Origin: an uncultured virus (IMG/VR IMGVR_UViG_3300044295_000401)
Lineage: Duplodnaviria; Heunggongvirae; Uroviricota; Caudoviricetes
IMG/VR virus record: IMGVR_UViG_3300044295_000401
Length of the DNA stretch: 23,910 bases
Reading direction: 5' to 3' (one strand)
The notes under the pieces are model-generated. The model had not been told where the DNA came from. It made no database searches and saw only the letters and a list, made by a program, of their open reading frames with translations. Positions 15,145 to 23,008 of the stretch are shown here, piece by piece. Positions within the stretch are counted from its first letter, which is position 1. The number at the start of each line of letters is the position of its first letter. A program made the translations under genes and the position numbers.

Positions 15145-17949
15145 TTATAACTCACATAAACCACCAGCACAAGCTAGTTGTTCAACTCGTTGAGTATTAT
15201 CTTCTTCTTCTTTTACTTCTTTAAGATCAACATCTTTTACAAGTAACATATATTTTTCATACGTTTCTTTAGAGCAAGCTTCAAACGGTGCCTGTTTATA
15301 ATTTCCGCCGTCATATGGTAACAAAGAAATGCCTGTATAATTTTTTCTATTTTTCCAAAGGGATTCGCCTAATTTATCCCATTCATTGTCTTTAACAGAA
15401 ATTGTAGCAGAAACGTTATGTTTATTATCTCCTGTTCTGTGACCTGGAACAATCCAATGTTTATTAAATAAAATTACTCGATCTAATAGATCAAACGCGG
15501 TTTCATTTTCTCTTAAAATTGCACCATCCGGTGATTTTTGAGGAACAGTAACCACAATACCAGTAGAGCTAGTAACATCTTCTTCTACTAATTCAGGGAT
15601 AACTTTAGAAAGATATTGACTTAATGCATCGGATTTATTCATACGAATTCGTCTTAAATAATAAGCACTGTGTCTAGCATGTACGCCGCTAGATGAGCCT
15701 AAAACACAACTTGATGTGCCTTCGGGTTTAATTGCCGTTGTACGTGCTGCTAAATTAATACCGATTTTTTTAGCATATTTTTCATTTACATCAAGTACCA
15801 ATTGTGCTCCTTCTTCCAACCATTCAACGTCAATATTACCGGCATCAGCAATACCCGTACAGCTTACTCCTAACAGTGCTTCTAAATCTGTTGTTTGTTT
15901 CCAAATTGGACGTAAGTAAGGAAAGTCAGTGTAGCTAGCTTGAAGCGTACCAATTAAAGCGGCGGTATAAACTCGATTAAGATAATCGCGTTTATCTTTA
16001 ATTCCGGTCATATTAATTGTTGACAAATTACAAAATTGGTTAGAATTTAAGGCAATTTCATGGCACTGTCCAGTAATAATACCATTAAATATACCTAAAT
16101 GTCGTTTAGGTTCATTAAAACAATATACTTTATCAGCTATTCCAGATTCAGTAATATCTACAACTGTAATATATTGGCTTGCATCTCTTTGGGGAGTTTT
16201 ATCGAACTTTAATCGTTCGCAAGTTAATCCGAGTTTTTTAAGTTGCTGCATTTGAACAGCACCAATGCAAAGTCTATAAGAATCTTGACAATAAAAATCC
16301 TTATATCCTTTATTACCATTAGGTAATGTTCTCATCCCAGCTTTCATTCCTGGAACTATCTTACACTGTACGCCAATAGTTGAAAGAAGACTTTGTAGAT
16401 TGGTTAAAAACTTTCTATCGACAGAACCTAACTGTAATCCGCCTTCTTTTAGTTCACAGCCGTCTCCATCAAATAAGCCCGCCAACCAATTAAGTTTTCC
16501 TTTTAAATTCCATTCAAAAGGAACCATTGATTTTAATTCGTGATTATATTTTAGATTAAAAATATATCTTTCTTCTTTTTCATTATATTTACCGACATTT
16601 CCGGCTAGCCGTTTAATTGATGTTTCTTTAGGTTTATATAACCAAAGAAAATTATATCCATCCATACCTTCTGCTGAAATAAATCCTTGGGTATAAGCAT
16701 AATCATCTTTAACTTCAATTCCGGTTTCAATAATTGGAAATTCATGTTTAATGAGTTTCATTCCAACTTCTAATTCTTTAGCTTTAACTTCTCTGCTATC
16801 TCCAGAATATCCCATAGCAATATGGAATGTATGATATTTAGTACAAGTTAATGATCTGCCATCATTAAAAGTAATTGTAACTAATTCTTGGTTTTCTCCT
16901 GTTACTTTAGGAGTAACTTTTGACCATTCAAATCCATTCCAAATTGTAACTTCTTCATCTACAATAGAATCAATTCGTTTATAACCGTTATCTGTTAAGA
17001 TTTCGGTATCCCCTGTTACGCAAGGATTGTATCCCATGTCAATATTATTTGACCAACTAAATCCTGGTTCACCAGCGCCAGAATTTTTGCAAGTATTAAA
17101 AATATGAATAAATTCTTCTTTGGTTACTTCTTGTAATGGAAGAACAGCAGAGTTATTTGCTCTTGCGCGATAAGGATGTTTTAACCACCATTCTCCAGAT
17201 TTAGCTTTTAACATTTCTGTATCATTTCTATCAAATAAACTAATTAATGCTGCTCTACGAATTCCACCAGCTAAAACAGCATCAGATAATATACATATAA
17301 TATCATGAATTTCAATAGGCATCAACTGTCTTCCGATACTTAATTTAAGACGTTGTTCAACTTCTTCAAGAGCTTTTCTAAGCGGCTCTGGTCCAGGGGC
17401 TTTTGCTCCTGTTGTTACAAGATAAGAGCCTTTTGGACGAATGCTGCTATAATCAAATTGTGGACGAATTCTCCCATAAAAATATGCTTCAAATAAAACA
17501 TTTACAGCTTCAGCCCATCCAATAATACTATCATGTATAATGTATTTTCCTTCTTCTCGCGGAGAGGTGACTTTAGGTAATTGAGAGGTGTGTCTTTTTT
17601 GTACAGAATAACCAACGCCTACACCGGAAAGGAGAAGAAACATAATTTCACTAAAAATTTCAACATCTTTAATATGAGCAAATGAACAATTGTATTGTCT
17701 TGCATTGTTTTTTAAAACGGCTTCTCCTGAGAACTGCAAAGCTCTCATTGATGGCATCGCTTTTAAATCATGAACTCTTTGATATGCTTTAACAATATCT
17801 TTAGATAGTTTAGGAAAACGATCTAAATGCATCAACATATTTCTGTTAATAATTTCTTCTAAAGTTTCTCTTCGTCCTAAATGAGGTTGAAATTTAGCAT
17901 ATGTACGAAATGACGTTTTTGTGCTTAAAAGCTTATTGCTTAAATCCAA
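15145..17949 (-). CDS. nrdJ: ribonucleotide reductase, probably class II (B12-dependent), intein-containing; spliced product 615 aa
   Basis: RTYAK, MPSMR, YNCS, GVGVGYS, GGIRRAALI, GEPG, NP-[intein]-CHEI, CNL, IKPEGTSS, terminal CAGGLC; TTG start with AGGAG SD; no small-subunit gene in the window. Confidence 0.88.
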   Translation of the reverse strand: MDLSNKLLSTKTSFRTYAKFQPHLGRRETLEEIINRNMLMHLDRFPKLSKDIVKAYQRVHDLKAMPSMRALQFSGEAVLKNNARQYNCSFAHIKDVEIFSEIMFLLLSGVGVGYSVQKRHTSQLPKVTSPREEGKYIIHDSIIGWAEAVNVLFEAYFYGRIRPQFDYSSIRPKGSYLVTTGAKAPGPEPLRKALEEVEQRLKLSIGRQLMPIEIHDIICILSDAVLAGGIRRAALISLFDRNDTEMLKAKSGEWWLKHPYRARANNSAVLPLQEVTKEEFIHIFNTCKNSGAGEPGFSWSNNIDMGYNPCVTGDTEILTDNGYKRIDSIVDEEVTIWNGFEWSKVTPKVTGENQELVTITFNDGRSLTCTKYHTFHIAMGYSGDSREVKAKELEVGMKLIKHEFPIIETGIEVKDDYAYTQGFISAEGMDGYNFLWLYKPKETSIKRLAGNVGKYNEKEERYIFNLKYNHELKSMVPFEWNLKGKLNWLAGLFDGDGCELKEGGLQLGSVDRKFLTNLQSLLSTIGVQCKIVPGMKAGMRTLPNGNKGYKDFYCQDSYRLCIGAVQMQQLKKLGLTCERLKFDKTPQRDASQYITVVDITESGIADKVYCFNEPKRHLGIFNGIITGQCHEIALNSNQFCNLSTINMTGIKDKRDYLNRVYTAALIGTLQASYTDFPYLRPIWKQTTDLEALLGVSCTGIADAGNIDVEWLEEGAQLVLDVNEKYAKKIGINLAARTTAIKPEGTSSCVLGSSSGVHARHSAYYLRRIRMNKSDALSQYLSKVIPELVEEDVTSSTGIVVTVPQKSPDGAILRENETAFDLLDRVILFNKHWIVPGHRTGDNKHNVSATISVKDNEWDKLGESLWKNRKNYTGISLLPYDGGNYKQAPFEACSKETYEKYMLLVKDVDLKEVKEEEDNTQRVEQLACAGGLCEL
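16066..17022 (-). mobile_element. intein, 319 aa, with LAGLIDADG endonuclease
   Basis: N-terminus CVTGDTEILT, block B LTCTKYHTF, endonuclease helices TQGFISAEG and LAGLFDGDG, block F KVYCFNEP, C-terminus NGIITGQ followed by Cys. Confidence 0.93.
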
Positions 17950-17967
17950 CTGTAACTCCTACAATAA

Positions 17968-18894
17968 TTAACGTGAACGAACACCTTGACGATTTAATGT
18001 AATTGAACCACCCATTAACGAATGGATATTCTTCATATGTTGTTTATGAGCATTTAACTCTTCATTAATTTTACTCTCAGATTCAAGACCGCGATCTTTA
18101 AGATCTTTAATACGTTTAACAACCGTATCTAAGCTTTCTCCTAAACATTTTACAGCCAATACTGTTTCTTTAATTTCATCAATAGAGAATCCTTCTGTAC
18201 TATCAATCCATTTATTTAATAGCTTTTCGTCAATATTCTTGTTCTTAAGATAAACGGTTCGAGCTAGTGTATCAGGGAATTCTACCTCAACAATAGAACT
18301 AAATCGCCCAGGGCGTTGCATACGCATTGGTACTTCTTCTAAATAGTTTGTTGTTGCAAGGTAAATAACATTATTCTTTTGAACTTCACCATCTAATACA
18401 GAAAGAAGATCATCTTCAAACTCTTTAGCATAAGTATCAAATTCTTCAAAGATAACAAAAGTAAGTTTATCAGGAGCAGTTTGATCCAGAGCTTTATAAT
18501 AGTTTTCTAGTTCAGATGGGTTAGGATTAAATAGAATTACTGCATTGTTTTTAAGAGCTTCTTTAGCAACACGATTAACAATTACAGTTTTACCTGTTCC
18601 TGGTTTACCATGCAGCAATACAGAGCGTTTGTAAATAAACCCTTCTCTAATATAAGCTTCTTTAGTAGAAGGTTTAAGAAAATGCTTTATTTGGTTTAAT
18701 ACGTAGTCATATTCTTTAGAAGGAAGATCAATAATGTCATCACAAGTCATTTTAAGCTTATGGAACTCAATTTGACCAGTATCATAGTTAGTATTAGCGG
18801 TATATGCACCGGAAGGAAGTTCTTTATGCGTTCCATCTATTTTAAATGGAATAAACTTATCGTTGGATTCTACAAATAGATTATATTTTGACAT
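17968..18894 (-). CDS. BCS1-like AAA+ ATPase, 308 aa
   Basis: KRSVLLHGKPGTGKT, FVIFEEFD, LLSVLDG, ATTNY, RPGRF; ATG at 18894 preferred to the track's TTG at 18930. Confidence 0.88.
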   Translation of the reverse strand: MSKYNLFVESNDKFIPFKIDGTHKELPSGAYTANTNYDTGQIEFHKLKMTCDDIIDLPSKEYDYVLNQIKHFLKPSTKEAYIREGFIYKRSVLLHGKPGTGKTVIVNRVAKEALKNNAVILFNPNPSELENYYKALDQTAPDKLTFVIFEEFDTYAKEFEDDLLSVLDGEVQKNNVIYLATTNYLEEVPMRMQRPGRFSSIVEVEFPDTLARTVYLKNKNIDEKLLNKWIDSTEGFSIDEIKETVLAVKCLGESLDTVVKRIKDLKDRGLESESKINEELNAHKQHMKNIHSLMGGSITLNRQGVRSR

Positions 18895-18972
18895 TAAATT
18901 GAATTGCCTTTCTAAAAAACCAAAACCCAAAATTTATATGACTAAAAAATGAAGCGAGATCAAGAATAAATG

Positions 18973-19056
18973 ATTACCGACTGTGCCAGGGCTCGGTAAA
19001 ACACACCTTTACCATACTTGTCTAAGTACCGGCTGGTAATTGTTTTGTCGAAACAA
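18973..19056 (-). ncRNA. candidate structured leader RNA element B
   Basis: Lies in the ~165-nt leader after a consensus promoter; UUGU-UUCG-ACAA hairpin, then stems AUUACC/GGUAAU, GCCGG/CUGGC, UACUU/AAGUA, GGUAAAG/UUUUACC. Confidence 0.5.
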
Positions 19057-19067
19057 GGAATAAAATG

Positions 19068-19096
19068 ATTATAGCAAATTACATGCTATTTGTCAA
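19068..19096 (-). promoter_or_regulatory. perfect-consensus sigma70 promoter
   Basis: TTGACA (19096-19091), 17 nt, TGc-TATAAT (19073-19068). The -35 contains the upstream TGA stop. Confidence 0.88.
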
Positions 19097-19719
19097 TGTG
19101 TTTTTTTTTGAGTTTCAAAAGTTGCCCAACTTTCAATAGTACTTAAGCTTACTGGTCGGTATTTATTACTTCTTACTCCAACATCATATTGACGGTCAGT
19201 AGAGCGGGGTTTCACATTATTATCTGAGTGAATATGTCCATGTAAATGAAAATCTACTGTAAGGTCATGGTTAGTAAACATCGTGTTTTTAAATTCACCA
19301 TGCCAGTTTTCGCCTTCTTTAGCTCCACGCATATTACTTACATCTTCTCGCGGAATACCAGGTAAAGGACAATGACTCATTGAGAATCGTTTATTACCAA
19401 TATAAAATATTCCGGCATTAAGAACTACATCAAATCCTGCTTTATACATTGCATGAATATTTTTATCATGGTTACCTAAAATTAATACTTTAGTTCCATG
19501 AAGACGATTAATAACTTTAGATACTTCTTCACCTTTACATAATCCTACGTCTCCTAGGAAATAACAAATCCCATTAGGAGGTACTGTAGAATTATAATTA
19601 CGAATTAAAGATTCGTGCATATCTTCTAAATCTTTAAATGGACGATTATCGAATTCAATAACTCGTTTGTGACCTATGTGCCAATCACTTGTAAAAAATA
19701 TTGGTTTACGTTCATTCAT
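19093..19719 (-). CDS. calcineurin-like metallophosphoesterase (phage type)
   Basis: FFTSDWHIGH...RPF, YFLGD, LGNHD, SHCP, LHGHIH, YDVGV. Confidence 0.9.
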   Translation of the reverse strand: MNERKPIFFTSDWHIGHKRVIEFDNRPFKDLEDMHESLIRNYNSTVPPNGICYFLGDVGLCKGEEVSKVINRLHGTKVLILGNHDKNIHAMYKAGFDVVLNAGIFYIGNKRFSMSHCPLPGIPREDVSNMRGAKEGENWHGEFKNTMFTNHDLTVDFHLHGHIHSDNNVKPRSTDRQYDVGVRSNKYRPVSLSTIESWATFETQKKTH

Positions 19720-19907
19720 TTATTTTCATTAATATTATATTTATCAACGCAATCATTCCAACCACGCCAATAAATATTTACAACCTTTTCATATAGTTTT
19801 TGATTAATCTCAAGAGCTTCAACATCTCCTGGACTTAATTGAACCCATTCACTTTTTTTAGCTGCTTTAATAAAGTATTCTAAACGTTGTTTTTGAAACT
19901 CTGTCAT
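19716..19907 (-). CDS. hypothetical protein
   Basis: 63-aa ORF with ATGA overlaps. Confidence 0.65.
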   Translation of the reverse strand: MTEFQKQRLEYFIKAAKKSEWVQLSPGDVEALEINQKLYEKVVNIYWRGWNDCVDKYNINENK

Positions 19908-20104
19908 TTGACACCATTCTTATCTTTTAAAGTAATAGATATACCTTTAGGATTAACATACACAATACGTTTAGCTTCTGCAAAATTACGCCAATCAATA
20001 TTTCTATTAAAATCTTTAACTGTAATATCTTTACTAAAAGACCGTGAATGATCTTCTAAGTTATGTGCATATACAGTATACGTAATAATTTTTTGAATAA
20101 ACAT
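19904..20104 (-). CDS. hypothetical protein
   Basis: 66-aa ORF; AAGGG SD. Confidence 0.65.
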   Translation of the reverse strand: MFIQKIITYTVYAHNLEDHSRSFSKDITVKDFNRNIDWRNFAEAKRIVYVNPKGISITLKDKNGVK

Positions 20105-20112
20105 TTAACCCT

Positions 20113-20367
20113 TTAAGGAAGATGAATACCGCTTAGATGTTCAGGATATACTTCTGATGAAAGAGGAGTTAGAATTGGTTTATTATTCATTAGGTAAAAT
20201 AATTGAACTTCTTCTAATGCTTGTTGTAGTTCTTTAATGTCAAATACACCATGATCTCCAGTAATAGATACAACATTATTACCAAGAGCAGATGCTGTCT
20301 TTAATACAAGAACAGTACCTTCAGATTCATTAGTAAGTGTAATCGTTAGATCTTTTTTTAAACTCAT
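20113..20367 (-). CDS. hypothetical protein
   Basis: 84-aa ORF; AGGTG SD. Confidence 0.65.
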   Translation of the reverse strand: MSLKKDLTITLTNESEGTVLVLKTASALGNNVVSITGDHGVFDIKELQQALEEVQLFYLMNNKPILTPLSSEVYPEHLSGIHLP

Positions 20368-20369
20368 AG

Positions 20370-20504
20370 TTATTCACCTTCATCAAAATTATGCGCAACA
20401 GTAAGTATAGCTACTCCAATCAAACCAACAATTAAAGCAATAGGATTAGCAGCTAAACATAATCCAATTAAAACTGAGCCTGTAAATCGTAAAAAATTAC
20501 CCAT
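20370..20504 (-). CDS. small membrane protein, 44 aa
   Basis: MGNFLRFTGSVLIGLCLAANPIALIVGLIGVAILTVAH...; GAGGAG SD supports the start at 20504. Confidence 0.65.
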   Translation of the reverse strand: MGNFLRFTGSVLIGLCLAANPIALIVGLIGVAILTVAHNFDEGE

Positions 20505-20856
20505 TAATAATCTCCTCTTTAACTCCATTAATATCACTATAGCATATTTTTTTAATTCCCGCAAGTTTTAAAGTTTCAAGACAAGAAGGACAAGGACGAG
20601 CTAATGCCATTTTACCATCCCGTGTTTCTCTATAAACATAAGCAGTACAACCTTTAAGATCGGCAAATTTATTATCTAATATTGCACTAAGTTCAGCGTG
20701 AATCATATGATACGGGTGATTACTCTTTGGAGAAGTTTTGTATTTGTTAAATCCGATACTTACAATTTGATTTTTATCCGCAATAACACAAGACATTTTA
20801 TGTACAGGATGATTGCTATAGTCTTTTAGTTTTTTAAGTAGTCGTTGAAACTTCAC
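20497..20856 (-). CDS. zinc-dependent CMP/dCMP-type deaminase
   Basis: SIGFN, HAE (IHAELSAI), PCxxC (RPCPSC), AGIKKICYS. Confidence 0.85.
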   Translation of the reverse strand: MKFQRLLKKLKDYSNHPVHKMSCVIADKNQIVSIGFNKYKTSPKSNHPYHMIHAELSAILDNKFADLKGCTAYVYRETRDGKMALARPCPSCLETLKLAGIKKICYSDINGVKEEIING

Positions 20857-21608
20857 AGTCGGCCTCGCATTGACTTAGCAAACGGATGTTCTACTCCATG
20901 ATAAATACCTAGCACTTCTCCCATACCTCCAGGATATACTTCCATCATTTTGTTCTCCCACTTATCAATACATTTATCTAATAGTTTACTGTTACCTTTA
21001 ACAACAGAGTTAGCAAGCCATGTTAGAATACGTCCAGATGTATCTGTTTTATTTTTATTAAAATAAATATCACTTAGAATATAAGTACAATAACCAAGAG
21101 TATTAAATACATTTAGGTTTTTATTAGCCCCTACTTTAATAACAGCTGGCATCCAAGGAAACCTACCAAACCAACTATTGAATATGTTTTGAATAGAAGG
21201 CCATTTTTCTTTTAGATTATCATAAAAATACTTTAAACCAAATCTACGGGTTTGACCGTATTCGTAAATATCTTCAGCAATAGGACCGCCTAAAATGTTA
21301 TTGCTTACAATCAACCCGATATAATCATCGTGTGTTTCATGATCTTTAGCTTTATTAGGATGACGAATAAACAATCCCGGTTCAACCATAGTAAGAGCTA
21401 CAAAATTAATATGTTTACTTAGATCCTTTTGTCCTTCAACACAAGCGGGATACATTGGATTTAGTTTTTTACTAATCACATGATAAGTAGCATTTATCAC
21501 ATGATGATTACCGCTAGTAGCATCATTATCTGGGTTCTTCATTGTGTGATAACAATTAGCTCTATAATAATTAAGATTCATTTCATTATTAAATTCTTGA
21601 TAGTCCAT
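20853..21608 (-). CDS. hypothetical protein, 251 aa
   Basis: Long ORF with AGGA SD and GTGA overlap; no family recognised. Confidence 0.75.
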   Translation of the reverse strand: MDYQEFNNEMNLNYYRANCYHTMKNPDNDATSGNHHVINATYHVISKKLNPMYPACVEGQKDLSKHINFVALTMVEPGLFIRHPNKAKDHETHDDYIGLIVSNNILGGPIAEDIYEYGQTRRFGLKYFYDNLKEKWPSIQNIFNSWFGRFPWMPAVIKVGANKNLNVFNTLGYCTYILSDIYFNKNKTDTSGRILTWLANSVVKGNSKLLDKCIDKWENKMMEVYPGGMGEVLGIYHGVEHPFAKSMRGRL

Positions 21609-21617
21609 TATTATTCC

Positions 21618-22658
21618 TTATTGTTTACCATGTGCTTTAGCTTCATTAATACCGCTATTAGTTACACGAATAAAGCTAACGTTTTGTTTAAACTCTTTAA
21701 GATTAGATGCGCCTACATAAGAGAATGCACTACGTAACCCGCCTTCAATGTCTTTAAGGATGTTAGCAACTGGTCCTTTATAAGGCACGGTAAAGCTTTC
21801 ACCTTCCGCTGTACGCCACGATTCGTCTTTACCTTGTACTTCATATGACTCCTTTGAAGCAGACCCACGATATTTTTTACTAATAGGTTGTTTTACTGTT
21901 TTATCTACGGACTTTAAATAAGTAACAGCGTAATCGACCTCACCTGGTGCTTCTTCTGTGCCAGCTAGCATACCTCCCAGCATAACAGCTTTAGCGCCTG
22001 CTCCTATGGCTTTTGCTATATCACCAGGGGTACGTATGCCTCCGTCAGCAATTACGTCTACGCTCAAATTACGGCAGGAATAGATAGATGTAAACGAAGG
22101 TACACCACATCCTGTCTTAATGCGCGTAGTGCAAGCTGATCCTCCACCAATACCTACCTTATAAGCATCTACATAAACACCACAATCGTTTAAGTATTCA
22201 TTAAAAGAACTGATCTCTGAACCATCTCCAAAGTTACCTACAACAATATAAGCATTACCATGAAACAAGTTTCTAAGTTCTTCCACTTGTTTAATAACAT
22301 TAATATTAGCACCATGAGCAACATCCACTACAAAAGTATCAGCACCAGCATAAAACAATGCTGAAGCTCTTTCAATTTCTTTTTGACCTAATCCAACAGA
22401 TACCCAAGGTTTAACTTCTGATTGTTTAAATTGGTTAATGTTATCTTCAATACTCATAAAGCGATGAAGACAACCGACACCACCAGCTTGAGCCATAGCT
22501 TTAGCCATCGTAGATTCGGTTACTGTATCCATGTTAGAACTAATTACAGGTAGTTTAAGACTGTTGATTGTAGTTAGATCTATTTCTTTACGGGAATTAA
22601 TTAGAGAAAACTTAGGGACAATTTGAACATCATTATAAGTTAGAGCTTCTTGAAACAT
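21618..22658 (-). CDS. IMPDH/GMP reductase family enzyme without CBS domains, more likely GMP reductase
   Basis: [61 protein letters not shown]. The flap reads WRTAEG (GMPR-like) and lacks the IMPDH Arg-Tyr dyad. Confidence 0.88.
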   Translation of the reverse strand: MFQEALTYNDVQIVPKFSLINSRKEIDLTTINSLKLPVISSNMDTVTESTMAKAMAQAGGVGCLHRFMSIEDNINQFKQSEVKPWVSVGLGQKEIERASALFYAGADTFVVDVAHGANINVIKQVEELRNLFHGNAYIVVGNFGDGSEISSFNEYLNDCGVYVDAYKVGIGGGSACTTRIKTGCGVPSFTSIYSCRNLSVDVIADGGIRTPGDIAKAIGAGAKAVMLGGMLAGTEEAPGEVDYAVTYLKSVDKTVKQPISKKYRGSASKESYEVQGKDESWRTAEGESFTVPYKGPVANILKDIEGGLRSAFSYVGASNLKEFKQNVSFIRVTNSGINEAKAHGKQ

Positions 22659-22879
22659 TAAAGCCTTTCAGTTATATACGTTTCAGGGATAATTACCCAT
22701 TTAGTACCAATGATACACATTACTACCTTGTGTAAGTTAAACCGTCTAGCTTCATCTAATTCTTCTTTTTTATGTTCAGGTAGTAGATAATCTGCTATCG
22801 GTCTAATCTCTATCCAAGGAGAAAAGGTATCTTCACCTAGTTGATACTCACGATTTAGATAATACTTAGGTATCTTCAT
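22658..22879 (-). CDS. hypothetical protein
   Basis: 73-aa ORF; TAATG overlap with the next gene. Confidence 0.7.
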   Translation of the reverse strand: MKIPKYYLNREYQLGEDTFSPWIEIRPIADYLLPEHKKEELDEARRFNLHKVVMCIIGTKWVIIPETYITERL

Positions 22880-22959
22880 GCAGCAATAGTGCTAGACACA
22901 ACAATATAAGTAAAGAACATTATTAGAAAATACCAAACATCGGTAGTTTTAATATTCAT
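22876..22959 (-). CDS. possible 27-aa membrane peptide (not in track)
   Basis: MNIKTTDVWYFLIMFFTYIVVSSTIAA; ATGA overlap downstream, but its start lies inside a predicted -10 box. Confidence 0.3.
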   Translation of the reverse strand: MNIKTTDVWYFLIMFFTYIVVSSTIAA

Positions 22960-22986
22960 CTTAACATTTTTCCTTGTTTAAGTCAA
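22958..22986 (-). promoter_or_regulatory. sigma70 promoter, leftward
   Basis: TTGACT (22986-22981), 17 nt, TGt-TAAGAT (22963-22958). Confidence 0.6.
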
Positions 22987-23002
22987 CTGTTTATGGTACA
23001 AT
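22974..23002 (+). promoter_or_regulatory. sigma70 promoter, rightward, predicted leaderless start at ATG 23009
   Basis: TTGTTT (22974-22979), 17 nt, TGg-TACAAT (22997-23002), 6 nt, ATG; overlaps the leftward promoter. Confidence 0.65.
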
Positions 23003-23008
23003 ATACAA

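Noticed and set aside
15145..17949. Class I RNR alpha subunit
   Set aside because: No ferritin-like beta subunit is nearby and the motifs and size fit class II. A beta gene outside the window cannot be excluded.
18985..19033. Purine riboswitch, from UAUGG and GUUUUACC
   Set aside because: The P2 stem around the putative L2 loop does not pair, and the CCGUAAA L3 loop and J3/1 are missing.
8163..21737. Plus-strand track ORFs 8163-8480, 8520-8783, 9093-9275, 9602-9784, 11481-11681, 15716-15919 and 21480-21737
   Set aside because: Antisense to well-supported minus-strand genes and lacking promoters or recognisable motifs.
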